Positions 39,436 to 52,553 of a stretch of 64,000 nucleotides of DNA are shown here, in pieces (position 1 is the first letter of the stretch; each line of letters begins with the position of its first letter). Source of the DNA: Lama glama. Taxonomy: Eukaryota. Where the stretch lies: assembly GCA_028534125.1 (NCBI GenBank), contig CM052816.1:92630001-92694000 (forward strand), read 5' to 3'. The position numbers and the translations under genes are program-made. Below the pieces are notes generated by a model that saw only the letters and a program-made list of their open reading frames with translations, was not told the origin of the DNA and ran no database searches.

Positions 39436-39550
39436 CTAGGTCGAGGATCCAGTACTTGCAGGTGCCGGGCTGCCCGCCGCTACGGTAGGCTGAGCCGACG
39501 ACGGGCGACAGCGAGTCCAGGGGATCGGGGGGTTTAATTCCGTTTGGCAT
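39436..39550 (-). CDS. TRIO: Candidate internal first coding exon (Trio/Duet-type): MPNGIKPPDPLDSLSPVVGSAYRSGGQPGTCKYWILDL
   Basis: Kozak context GGCCGCACC-ATG; 38 codons + 1 nt; donor TAG|gtacac in phase 1, giving G+AC (Asp) in frame with exon 35; lies in a CpG-rich patch. Confidence 0.7.
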
Positions 39551-39780
39551 GGTGCGGCCGAGCCAACTTGAGGCCAAAGGCTCCGAATCCCAAGCCTCCC
39601 TCCGCCTGCGGCAGCCAGAGGGACCCCGTCCTCAGCAAAGCCGGAGCCGGAGCCCCGAGTGCTCAGAGGCAGGCTGGGGGGAAGCGTGGCCGCTCCCTCT
39701 CCCGGCTGCGAGCACTGCCTTCCAGTGGGCTGCACGTGTGGGAAGATCAGACGCCGTGGATTACTTTCTACCACAGTGAC
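39440..39780 (-). promoter_or_regulatory. CpG-rich patch, putative internal promoter / 5' UTR
   Basis: Visibly high CpG and GC density against a CpG-depleted intron, surrounding the candidate ATG. Confidence 0.55.
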
Positions 39781-41450
39781 TCTAATTGGAGCTCAAGGAA
39801 ATTCTGAGGGCGCGCTGGGAGCCAGATGTTTCTCCTCTCCTCCTCCAGCCGGGGCTGTGATTTCCTGACTCAGTGAGACGTCAAGTGGTGGGCGCCCTCC
39901 CCTCGCCAGGCTCTCTGACTTGGGCTTTGTGCGCACTTGGACGGAGGTCTTCTCGGAGACATACAGCAAGCAGTGCCTCCTGATGTGACTTGATAACAAA
40001 AAGGAACGTAATTCGGTCTCCAGCCAGCTGGTTACATCACTGAGCTACAATGCCCCTCCTCGCTTATTAAAAACATATCTTCGTTCTTCCTTACAAGAAG
40101 CAGCCATACAAGTGAAAATAAATATCCACACTTGTGATTTGTAAGGACATTCTTAGTAAAGCCTCTGAAAAGCTTATTTCTGTCCTCTTCAGAAATCGGG
40201 CATTTTCTTTAGCCTACACAAATTCTTACTCTTTCCTTGCAAGTTTCCACGTGTTCTCTCCCTTGTCTCACACAGCACAATGGCTTCTTAGGGGAACATC
40301 CATTGTTTAACAGTCACGAAGTCTGACGTTTCAAGTTCTATGGTAAGTGGACACACTCCCTCCCTCTGTTTCTAATTAATTCGAGAAACATACACAGTGC
40401 TCTCTAAACTCGACTTTGATGGCTAGCTCCTGCTTTGAGGCAGTCACCTGGAATATTCTGTACGTATCTAAAATGGTAACACAGCCCTAAGTTACCTAAG
40501 GGGGTGCTATTTGTTGAAGCCTACACTTACCCGAACAAAATCATGCACTATCTTCTTGAGTTCTTTTTATTAGTAATTCTCATTTCTCCTTTATCTAACC
40601 TAATAGTATAAACAATTTTATTTGTGTTGCTTTATTGCTTTGCTAAGAAAAATGTTGTTTTTTTAGTTCCTTTGTTAAAAAAAAAAGTTAAACTTGGGTT
40701 CTCCCTTCCCCCACTTACTGCAAAATAAATTTAAAAAATTCTCTAAGTGAAAAATGTGCAAATAGCATAGACTTCTAGTTGCTTTCTCAGTTTCAGACAA
40801 TTAACAACTATGAAAAAACAAGAAGGGAATAAATCCAGGGCGCTCCCAGAGAGCTGTCTCCAGCACTATGATACCTCCCCAAACAAACTGCTACAAAGCG
40901 GGATTTGGCATTTATAGGCCCACATCAGGCCTCATATTCTTCTTAAAAGACCAAAAGCAAAGCATAAGGTTGTTTTTCTTTATAAATGGTCCCAGGACAG
41001 ATCCAGATGGTGTACTTAACGCCAGGACCAAGCAAGAGGCAGAATTCTGCACAGAGCACTTTTTTATGCAAGAAAAGAAAACTTTATTACCAAATAAATA
41101 ACCTTCTCTCTTCTTGGCAAAAAAAAGCAGTAAAAATTGTCCTAAAGGAAATCAAGTTAACTGACATTCTAGGGTTTCATTTACTACAACTTTTATTAAA
41201 TATTTTACTTTGTCCCTTTCCAAAAATACAGACTGCCAAGCAAGGGTCATTAATTTAAAAGTCTGAAAAAAAAAAAAGAGCTGTCAGGGAAATTAATCAC
41301 TTTATGTGTAATACACGTTCTCGCCTTAAGAGGAAGGGAATGATGCTGAAAAATGAATAAAATAATTTTGGCTAAGAAATGGGAGACATTTCCCAGTGAC
41401 CGCCCTCTTCAAATTTGAAGTTCACATCTGTCAGAGAAATGTGGCATGGC

Positions 41451-41478
41451 AGGAAGGAAGGAAGGAAGGAAGGAAGGA
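41451..41478. repeat. (GGAA)n microsatellite
   Basis: aggaaggaaggaaggaaggaaggaagg. Confidence 0.9.
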
Positions 41479-42489
41479 GGCTTTTCTCATCCCCTCCTTC
41501 CTCTAGTCATGAAAGTATGAGCTTACAGAGTGTTTACTATGTAATGTGGCACTTTATAGGGAAGTAGTAAAGATAAGTTATATCAAGTAAAGGCACCACA
41601 TGGCCCCCACCTGGAAGCAACGATAATCAAATCCCTGGATGGACAATCATGGAACCAGCCAAAGAGCTGATGTCGGTAAGTGAAAGGGATGGGAGAGAAG
41701 GCGGGGCAAAGGGAGAAGGAAGACAGTCCGAACAACCAGCAATGTTTCCAGGGAATAAGTTTTGAATCTAAGGCTTGTTTCTCCCTTGGCGGTATGACCG
41801 GGTCTCTGCCCTAAGAGTCTGGGCCAGGTTCAGGTGAGAAAGACCCAAGGGTGACCTCAGCTGACCCCGAGAAGAAAAGCTTGCAGGAACCCTGGCCAAG
41901 AGAGTGGGAAGGACCGGTGGTGAGAACAGAGGCTGTGACTTCAGGTAACTCGAGAGGTTGTAAAAGAGGTGGTCATGCGCCATGAGCAGTCAGGAAGCAA
42001 GTAGGAAGCTCCAGGATGGGGGGCAGGGGCGTCTGCAGTGTGAGAACACCGTAAAGTTGGGAAGGTGGTCAGGAAACCACGTGGGACCCCGGAGAGGAAG
42101 AGGACAGTGAGCCCAGTTAGGACTGATGCAGGTGAGCTTCCGCAAGGAAAGCAGACAGACATGGAAACTGACTAAACGCGGTGGGCCAAAGACAAACATT
42201 TTAGGCATTTGGCAAAACAGGAGATACACCTAAAAAGTGGAGTTTGTGAAGGAAAACAAGAAACTTTGTTTTTTGGGGTTATTTCTGATACTTTCATTTG
42301 ATGGCTGACCATATAATTAAAAGGATCACAAAGAAAACAGAAGACACACTGCCAAAGACAGTGTTTAAAGACATTACCCAAGGTTTGTCTGTGAGGACCA
42401 AACAGCAAGGGGTGCTGGGAAGAGAAAATGAGATGTATCTGTTGTACGGAAATTGCGTGTTGACTCTTTTAACCACAGTTACGTTTCAC

Positions 42490-44040
42490 AGAGCCCAAAA
42501 TAAGTAATTAAGATCAACTAGGATGGGGGGGGGGCTCAAACGCAAGGTAAACCCAGTAGTAAATGAACCTCGCTGAGGCACCAGGGAAAACATAACCACA
42601 CTGAAGAGGGTGGGGAAGAAGAACATTCACTAAGTGACTCTGAGAAACGGCATTTTGATTGTATACTGTGAAACCAAAGACAAAAAGAGTCCTAAATTTG
42701 TGTCATGGGTTGGCAACGAGAAAAGGCAGACTTGAGACTCTCAAAGCCAAGTCATTTTAGGGAAAGAGAATACTTAATTTCCAAAGAGGGGAAAAATGGG
42801 TTCTAGACTAGGGTTGAACAAATAAGCAAATATATTTTGGATAACAAGATGCAGGTGTCTCACTGTCAGAGAAAAAGGTTACAAGTAAGGCAAGGCAGAG
42901 GAGGGCCAGAATGAACGCTGTGCTGTAGGACAGGAATCACAGGTATCAGGTGGTATGAACTTACGTACACAGTGTATATACACGTGTGTGTGTGTGTGTG
43001 TACACACACATATACACACGTGGGGTGAGGGAGACAGAACGTGACCATAGACACATGTGCACACATGGGTAGGTAAACAGATGTGTCTGCTGAGAAGACC
43101 TAAAGGAACAGATGATCCAGGGCTGAGGCAAGGAAAACATCAGATGAGCTGGGAGCATTCCGTATTGTCAGCAAGCAAGGAAGTGCTCCAAAAACAACAT
43201 GGCGGGTGTGTCCTGAGTACACAGAAGCTGACCTGAAGACACCCCTAAAGGCCAAAGCTGGAACAATTTGAACAACAAAATACATGACAGTATTGGACAA
43301 TGACTCACAGAATAAAATAAATCTCCATGACTCCATACTGACATACATACATACATACATACATACATAAGGCAGAGGGATCACTCTTCGTGACAGAATT
43401 CTAACGAACAAATTTAAAAGGGATGAGGAAAACAGAAAACCACCAGTAGGCAAACTCCACTGTAATAGCTGTTGCAGGGATGGCTGCTAAGACGAGTGGG
43501 GAGAGGCAAGAGGAGAGAGAACATTCGCATAGTTTCAGCACATCTCCCACAAGGTGTTTATTAATTACAAACAGAAAACCAGTAACTTCAGTAGGGGAAT
43601 CTGCAGACACTGCTTTAACCGGGTGTTCAAGGTCGCCACCACCAGGCATGTCCAGGTCCCCCTGCGGCCCCCACCTTGCACAGGATGCACTGAGTAGGGC
43701 ACAGCTTCATTTTTGTGGTATTCTTGCCCCAAATGTGTAAGCACCATTGAATCACGAGAAAACATCAAATAAACTAATTGGTGGGGGGACATCTTACAAA
43801 ATAAAGGATGACTAATACCTCAACAGTGTCAAGTTCATGAAAAACCAAAGCAGAGGAAGAACACAGTAGACTGGAGGAGACTAAATATGATGTGGGTCCT
43901 GGATTGGATCCAGAGCCAGAAAAAAAGACACTAAAGCAAAATCCAAAATCAGGTCTGTGTCCTGGTTAACGGTGCTGCCTCAGGGCTGCACCTTCCCTCT
44001 AAGATCTAAAATGATGTTTAAATAAAAAGTTTTTCTAAAA
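42490..44040 (+). mobile_element. Ancient L1MC-type 3' region, containing (GT)n/(AC)n and (CATA)n microsatellites
   Basis: ggccaaagctggaacaatttgaacaacaaaata, gtggtattcttgccccaaatgt, gagaaaacatcaaataaac motifs. Confidence 0.6.
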
Positions 44041-44884
44041 ATAATTGATACGTTATATAAAAAGAAATTGAGAATGTGAAAAAAGATACCAGAGAAAAGT
44101 AGGCAAAGTTAGAGAACTTCTATGGAGAAAAAACATATTAGGCAAATTAATGACCTGTGAATAAAGGTATCTTTGATTTATTAAAAAAATATACTGAAGA
44201 AACAGAAAAATCATTCTTTGCACAATTGTGGGCAAATTTATATTAGTCAATCTCATTCTCATGAAAATAAAGGTACTTTCATTTAAATTGATTGAGAAGA
44301 AATTTGGTCAAAATCAACGACCTCCAATATCACCTTTCATGTAAGTTTTTCTTGTGATAATTATTCCTCAAATATTTAAAATGAGAACCTCAACATTCTA
44401 GTGCCTATAATTAATCTGTCCAAAAACATAAGATCATTTTGGCCAAAGGAGGTCTCAAAACAAAACAAAACAAAACCCACATCAGTGAAGAAGATCTATA
44501 TACAAATAAATGGTGCTTTATTAAATCAGGACTAAAATTATACTTAAAGCTGTTTGTAAAATTAAAATTCAGATGCCAAAGCACCTAAAGTCTTTCTATT
44601 AAGATCACAGCACTTTCTGAAGAGGAAGCAAACATAGTAATTAGACACTTAGTTAATGCTGAATAAAAAGGTCCTCAATATCTTATAAGCCAAAGACGGG
44701 ATCCGGAAAACAACGGCAGCCACATTTTGAGATGGAAACTCAAGGGCACAACTCTTAGGAACATTATTTATAATTTCCTTTAAAACGTAACAGTGTTTCC
44801 TTGAGACTTGAAGCACTGTCAACGATCCTGATAAACTTTTAGTTGCCTCCCTTCCAGCTGGTCCTGAAACCCAGCTACTTGGAG

Positions 44885-45160
44885 GAGCAGGCGCGGCTGC
44901 TGACGGGCTGGAGCAGCCCAGCCCTCCCCGCGGACGGACGGACGGACGGCGGCGGCTCCGGGCTGCCTCCTGACCTGCCCCCCGGCCCCAGCCCCACTTC
45001 CCTCTGCGCGGCGTGCCCACGGCGCTGGCCTCAGCACAGCTGCGCCGCCGGGATGGAGGTTCTCAGGTTCCACGCACAAAGATACCCCTGTTCGGAGGAC
45101 GTTTTGTCCAGTTTCCTACCCCGCAGATAACACCTCCTGCTCCGGAGGGAGCGGACGCAG
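44885..45160. promoter_or_regulatory. CpG-rich patch with (GGAC)n/(GGC)n and GC-rich motifs; putative promoter or enhancer
   Basis: Dense CpGs (ccccgcggacggacggacggacggcggcggctccggg; ctgcgcggcgtg). Confidence 0.4.
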
Positions 45161-46289
45161 GACTGAATCCTGCTTCTGAGGGCCCCATTCAGCACGTTAT
45201 TTCCTGCCGCCTTCTGGCACAGTTGCCGACCCACAAAAGCACCTTTATTGAGGCGTTCAGACCCTTCATCTGGGTGCCAAAAATCCGATAGGCTCCTTTT
45301 CATTGCTTTACTTACTATCTTTTCACAGACGATGTGAGTTTTTCTCTAACTTGAACAAAACCAACATTCAAGGACTCCTTTTTCCCACTTCACTGTAACT
45401 CACCACGTGACACTGTTTGCATCAGCATGTGGATTATTTGCAGAATGGCAATATGAGATGGTAACTCCACAAGAGTATTTTCCAAAATCCTAACAAAAAC
45501 AATAGTGCTCAAAAAATTAGAGCAAGGTCGCCAACTCCTGGCGGCCCACACGTGCCTGTCATGTCCTAAATCTGTGATGCTTCAGAGGGCGAGGACACAG
45601 GCTTACCCAGGGAGGGTGGACCTGACAGGAAGCTTATCTCCCCAGCTCTTCCAAGGATAGCCAAGGGGCAGATTTTGATTCGGGTGGCTGGTGGGGGGGC
45701 GGTCAGAAGCTGAGGAAGAGAAGGGGGATATGGGTTGTGGAGAAGAAAAGTTTTACTTCCAGATGTAAATTGATAAAAAATTTTTTGTTTTGTTTTGACT
45801 CTTGTGATTGGTTCTTCCATTCATTCACTCACAACAACACCACTGAGGGTCAAGTTCTGTGCCTGACTCCGGCAGGAGGAAGAGGAGAAGGAAAAGGGAC
45901 AGATTTCCATTAAGGCAGCTCCTTCGGGTGATGGAAAGCAGTGGGAATTACCATATCATAAGTGAAAACAGAAGACTCATGTCAAATCAGAACTGAAAAT
46001 AGTGTCAACGTTCTGAAGGTTTCTCTTTTCAGAGGAAGTGACTACTGGACGTGGCGGGAGGCGGGGATGGGAAGCCCTTAGGAATGACCTCAGTTGCAGG
46101 CGGGCAAGTGGTCTCAAGTGTGGTGGACCTGGGAAAGCGGCTTCTGTAATCAGCCCTTCCACAAATGAGGGCTGCCTTGGGCAACTCAGTCTGTCTCCAG
46201 AGGCTACAGCTTCCCTCCGGACCACAGGCTCCTTCCACGCACGTGGCTGCTGAACACACATGTAAATGCAGAGCATCATTCCCTTGTCA

Positions 46290-46510
46290 GTGTAAAGGGA
46301 GCAGATGCGCAGTGGTTGGGAACTGGAGCCTGAGGTCTGACTGCTGCTTTTAGAATCCCCTTTTCCATCACCTACCAAGCCCGGTCAAGTTAATTCCTGT
46401 GTCTCCATGTTCTTACCATAAAATAGGGATGATAATGGTATACGTTGGCATCGGGGCCTCTTGAGGATTAAACGTTCAGAGAAGCAGCACAGTGCCTGGC
46501 ACGCCGCCAG
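46290..46510 (+). mobile_element. MIR SINE
   Basis: ctgtgtctccatgttcttaccataaaatagggatgataat...gaggattaaa...gcacagtgcctggcac. Confidence 0.7.
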
Positions 46511-46566
46511 CCCTCGACATCTCCTGTCACTGCTGTTACTCTCCTGAGGCTCTGGCAGTCCCTCTG

Positions 46567-46950
46567 CTGTGCGGTGATTGTGCCCGCCCTCCCCCCAATT
46601 ATAATGTTCAAGTCCTAACCCCCAGTACCTCAGAATGTAACCAGATCCATAGACAGGGTCTTGAAACGGTGATCAGGTTGCAACGAAGCTATTAGGGTGC
46701 GTCCTAATCTGACTGGTGTCCTTGTAAGAACAGGAAATCTGGATACATGAGAGACCCCGGGGTACACACAGAGGCAGAAGCATGCGAGGACAAGCAAGGA
46801 GGCGGCCGTCTGCAAGCCAAGGAGAGAGGCCTCAGGAGAAACCAGCCCTGCCGACACTGATCTTGGACCTCGAGCTTCCAGGACTAGGAGAGCTGTTTAC
46901 GCCATGCAGTCTGTGGGATCTTGTTACGGCCGCCCGAGATGACCAAGGCA
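46567..46950 (+). mobile_element. MLT1 (MaLR) solo LTR
   Basis: aagtcctaacccccagtacctcagaatgt, gactggtgtccttgtaagaa, gccaaggagagaggcctcaggagaaaccagccctgccgacac. Confidence 0.88.
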
Positions 46951-49900
46951 CCCTCCATCCCAACTGACACCCATCTGCTCCATAATCTGGGGCATAAATG
47001 CTCTCGTTAGTTTTGAGAAAGCAGGAAACTGACCTATCTCTAAGAACAGAACTTAAATATTCTTTCCTTCTAGTAAGTTCAAAGTTCTACAGACTCAGAA
47101 GAAGGGGTAGGGGAAGAAAAGGATGCAACTGAACACACAGGGCTGCAGGCATGACAATGGAGAAGGACACAGAGATTCCAGAGCTGTCTCGCAGCACAGC
47201 CAAGGCGCGTGAGCCTATTTACCATCTTCTCAAATGTTTGCAAGGGCCCTTCAGACAATAAACATGCTGGGCCCCCCGTCCTGAGCTTGGCTGAAAACTT
47301 TGGGGGAAAATGACAGCGCCCTTGAATAGTCAGCCTTGTGGAATGACCACGCTGTGCAAAGCACCTCAGCCAGTTAGACCACACGATAACACGCCTTGAA
47401 GGCCCAAGCACGGAAGTGTCTCAGAAGACTCCAGGGTAGCCCCGCTCTAGTCCTCACCGAATGCCAGGAAGGCAGCCAGAACCTTCTCCTAGACAGAGCT
47501 AGCTGTGGGGGTGAGAGTTCAAAGATCAGCCTCTTTACCCCACTGACTGACCTCCACACCCCCCCACCAAATCCTTTCAGGGTGTCAGTAAAGGACGAAA
47601 AAAGTTAGATTGGGGAGGGTTTTAAAAACAGAATTTTTCAAAATTCATTGTGAAATATTTGCGATTAGAAGGTGAATCCTAGAAAATACAGAGAGTACAC
47701 AGAGACTTTAAAGCCCATTACAAAAACTACAGCCAGCACTGTCTTGTGAGTGTGTTTCTCACAGGTGACAGTGTGGTCTGGATTCATAAGAAGCCTTGCA
47801 TGGATGGAAGGCAAAACAGTGGCACCACAAAAAGCTATTTTTATACACATGCTGAGGGAAGTTACTCATTCTTTGAAACTGCCACCACTCTACATTTAGG
47901 GCCGAACTCCTAATTTGCACCCCTTTGACTGAGTCTATAATACAAATGCAGACACTGCATGAAAAAAGGTGAAATACTATTCACGTTAATATTTCACTGC
48001 ACGCTCCCGTGCAGAGCTCTGTGGGAAAACGTCCATCAAAAGCTCACCTCACAGGAGTCACCGGAAGCTTACGATGCAATTTATATGAATGATTTTAAAG
48101 AGTGACCTTATTCAAAGGGGTGAATTATTTTTTCCCTAAACGTGCAAGATGAAATTAGAGAACTCCAGGTGATCGGTATAGCTCAAATCTGATAAAGATG
48201 AGAAAAGTACATAAAAGCTAACGTCATTAAATAGCACATTTACTGTGATTTTTTTCTGATGTAGTTAATTTAAGATTCAGGTGATCCTTCTTCAAAAGTT
48301 GATTTTCCAAATGCATTTACCCTTCAATTCATCAATCCTGCAGAATTCCGTAGTACAGACAGGCTTGCATATGAATGAAAAGACGGACACACAGAGGGTT
48401 GGGCTGTGACCCCGTTTACAGCAGCAGCAGACCAGAAGCAACCCAGGGGCTCCGCCACACACTAGTTAATAACCTGAGTTGTGTGCACATGTGAAGTCCT
48501 GGAGGTCCGTAAAAAACAATGAGGCATCCGCCTCTCTCTGTACGAAAGCAGTTTCTAAAAGATACGGCAGCGTGAAAAAGCCAGGGCCAAGACACACTGC
48601 CTTTTACATAAAAACACGAAAGGAGGAGTGAATACACGTCTGTATGCGCCTAACAGAGTATCAGATGTGGAGCTGGGAATGAATGAAAATGGGATCTCTA
48701 CCCGGACAATAAGACTATGGCAAACAGATTTCTCAGTTTATATACCTCTTGGTTTTGAACCACATGAAATATTTAAAAATAAGTTTTAAAATTTGTCATT
48801 TCTTCCCTTCTATAGCAAGGAAGATCTGAATGTGGGGGTCGCTGAAGTTGTATGCAAAAGCTGTGTACTTGTGTACATTTCCCTGGGGTAGGTACCACGG
48901 CTTCTGTCAGATTTGGCCAGGGATACGTGATTCAGAAGCTCGCAGGGCCCGCTGCTGCAGCATCGGCCGGGGTCTCCAGGGTATTTCCGCCTCTCCTTGC
49001 CCGTGGCAGCTCAGCTGCCAGGATCTACAGTCAAATCTAACTGCCGATGGGAAAGTTAGCTCTAGGAACGCAAAATAATCACCCAATCATCTCATGCTTC
49101 TTGGAACAGAGAAAGGAACACAGAAGCAAAAATCAAACGCTCTTTCTGTGGTTTTCTGGCACATCTTCTCCGTGGGTGCTTGGGTGTTGTATAATCAGGT
49201 GTCCCCAGAGCCACAATCTAGTAGATGCCCACTTATTTGGACTGAAATGTAACAATTGTTCCCCTCCATGTACAGCATTTATTCATTTTCAAAACAGTTA
49301 ATGAAAACCCCAGCACATGGTACTTTTGAACGACCTCTCACCAAACATCCCTGCCATGTAATTTCTTACAGCTTCCACAGGTGCCAAGTAGAGTGAATAC
49401 ATTTAAAAGAGAAACCCTGGATTGTCTAATAAACAGCAAAGTCTGATATGAACATACGACAGAAAGGAGACAGTTAAAACAGTGGAGCCCACAGAAGGGT
49501 GGGGAGCAGACACCTCCACCCGGGACCTGCAGCCGCCCCTGCCGGGCCGTGAGTCACCCTGAACGAGACGCACTTCTGTTTTCGTGGTGATCTCCCCTCC
49601 CGATTACATAGCTTTCCCTAAACACTGTGTCATGGCTGCTGAAATCAAGTGTGGGAAGACGGTTTTCTCATTCATTGTTTACAGCTTTGCTATATATATA
49701 ATTTTGTGATCATCTAATACGGATGGTGTCAATGCCTGCTCACAGCCTTTTTCCTGTTTTAATAAACACTTTACTGTAAAGTTGGAACGTGAAAATACCT
49801 CCAAGTGAAGCATTCAGCACAGGCATGGCCCACTTGTGCAGCTCTGTAATTACACACTGTGCAGAAAACGCTCCTTAATCACAGGTCTCGGGCTGACCAT

Positions 49901-51999
49901 ACGGCCCTGGGTCCACAGGGCTCAGGAGAGGGACAGAGTCTTTGTTCTTGTGCAACTCCACGTTCCTCAGTTTTCCTTCCCACAGGGATTGACATTAGCA
50001 GCTGCTCAAACAGACTAAAAAGTGCTCTTTCCCAAGCTAATTTTTCGAAGTATATAGATCTTCCATTATACATATACTTAAAGAATGTGTGGGCAGACAC
50101 AGGTTTGAAAGATCTATGCACTGGTGCTCCTGGGGTGGGTGTGTTTTCTGATTAACAGCAGTAATTAAGCCAATGTCTAAATATACCAGAATCACAACAT
50201 ATTCAACTAAAAATTTCAATATTACTAAAGCCTTTTTAATGCCTTCTGTTTTCCAAAAACATATTAGGGCATTTAAAAGCCATAAGCAGTCCTAAGAGTT
50301 AGAGACCTAGACGCATCCTTGGGACAGAGGGTTTCATGATTTGAGAAGGATGATACTCGGGCTGGACAGATCTACATCAAGCCACCCCCGGTATCCTTGG
50401 GGAAATGCAGGAGGCCTGGAGCTCGCTCTCCGGTCACACAGGCTTCTAGTGAAGGCAGAGAAACACCTGACTCTCCACAGAGCTGCTGCTTTCCTGGGTA
50501 GGGGTGATGAGGGAAAAGGACGAGGCCCCAGCCCCGCGAGGCCAGGCTCCCCCTCCTCTGCTGGGCTGGGCTGACGCTGTCCTGGGAACTGAGAAGGTGG
50601 TCTGGACGAGAGAGAGCAATCTTAGTAACTGCTTGTATTCTGAGCAGGAAAACAGCTTTAAAGTCCACCCGGGGGTCGGGGCCCAGCTCAACCCTGAAGA
50701 CGGCACAGGCTGGGAAGCCAGGCAGGGTGGCCTGGGCCTGGGCCTGCCAACTCCACCCCTTCCACTGTCTGGAACTTCTGGTGAGTCCTGCCACCTGGTC
50801 TCATCTGTACAGCATGAGACCCAGGGACACGGGAGTGAGGGGCGGGCGGCGGGGGGTGCCACTAGCAAAGGGGCAGAGTCCCCACCTCACAGGACGGGAT
50901 GGGGAGGCTGAAGGGCCAGGTGAGGACAACAGCCCTGGAGGGACGGCGAGAGGGGCTCAGACGCACTGCAACCCGGGGCCTAAGGGAAACACGCCCTAAT
51001 TTTATGCTTGCACAGTGGCTGTGCCAGTGGTCATTACCCCAGACTCAGACATGGAGCTTATACCCTCCAGGCCCCGGGACCGCAGCAGAGTCCCTCGCTC
51101 TAAGAAATGATGTGTGATTCTGAGGAGCAACCCCTGGAACCAGTGGTGTGTCCCTTCCACACAGCTGTGAGTAACGGCCCCAGGGAGTGTATCCACACGT
51201 CCTGTGTATCTTCGAAGTAAAAGAACAGAACTGGACAGGACGGATTATGCTGACCTGCACTCGTGTGCCCACGAGCACCCCTGCTGAGACAGCCCCCCAC
51301 TCAGGGTCCCCCTTTCCACGACGGCTGTGGGAGGAGGCCCTACGTCCCCGGCAACCGTGTTGTATACAGGCTCTGTCCCCTGTACTCCCCCATCACAGCT
51401 GTAAGTTTAGCACGATAACTGCACCCCCACACCTGTTAAAATGTTTTAACGGACTTTCAGCGAGTTCCTATGCGGCTCCTCCTGCATCTTCAGTGGTCCC
51501 TGGAGCTCATCTCACAGGGACCTTCTTAGGTTACCCCGATGTTAGCTCTTGTGTTGAAACACTTGTTAATTACACCCTCACCTCCACAGACTTACTGGGT
51601 ACATTCAGTTTTTTTTCCTTTAGGATTTTTCATTGTTTATTTGGTGAGAAAGGACAGGAGTGTCAGGTAGGGGCGAGGGGGTAAGATCCCCCCACCCTGT
51701 TACTTGCTGACCCACACCAAGGGGAGAAAGGGTGTGTGTGCCCCCGTGCACACGAGTGTGAGGTGCAAGGCTGTGGAGGACGTGTTAGGAAGCTGGGATT
51801 TTATTCTGTGACCAAAAGCAAGTCACTGAAGAGGTGCAAACAGGTGCACAGTATGACCAGATTTGTGTTTCAGCTGCAATAAGAGGGTGAGAAGGGAGGC
51901 AGGAGATCTGGTGGGAAGAGGCAACGTGGTGATGGAGAAAAGAGAAGACGCTTGAAATGTATTATTCAGACAAAGGTAGCAAGTGTGGTAGGCATGCTT

Positions 52000-52553
52000 G
52001 AAAAAGTAAAAATAGAACTACCATACGATCCAGTGATTCCACCCCTGAGTATACACCCCAAAGCACTGAAAGCAGTGATTTGAAGAGGGATTTACTGGCG
52101 TTACTCACAATAGCCAAAAGGTGGAAGCAGCCCCAGCATCCATCAGCAGATGAATGGATAACAGAATATAACCTATCCACATGTGGAATATTATTCAGCC
52201 TTAAAACAGAAAGAAATTCTGACACAGGTTCCAGCACGGATGAACCTGGAGGACATTTTGCGAAGTGAAGTAAGTCAGACACAAAACCACAAACACTGTG
52301 TGATTCCACTGATGAAGTCCTGAGAGGAGTCAAGTTCACAGAGACAGAGGAGAACGGTGGTTGCAGGGGCTGCAGGTAGGGGTGGGGAGTGAGTGCTCAG
52401 TGGGGAAGCTTTTCAGCTGGGAAGATGCAGACAGCTGTGGGGGGACAGAACACAACAGTGTGCGTGTACCTGATGCCACTGATGTGTGCACTTCACAGTG
52501 GTTATGATGGTAAATTCTACATTATGTGTATGTGAGCACAGTTAGAAAGAAAA
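52000..52553 (+). mobile_element. Ancient L1M (L1MB-like) 3' end fragment
   Basis: aatagaactaccatacgatccag, cacaatagccaaaaggtggaagcag, gatgaacctggaggacatt, gatggtaaattctacattatgt. Confidence 0.85.
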
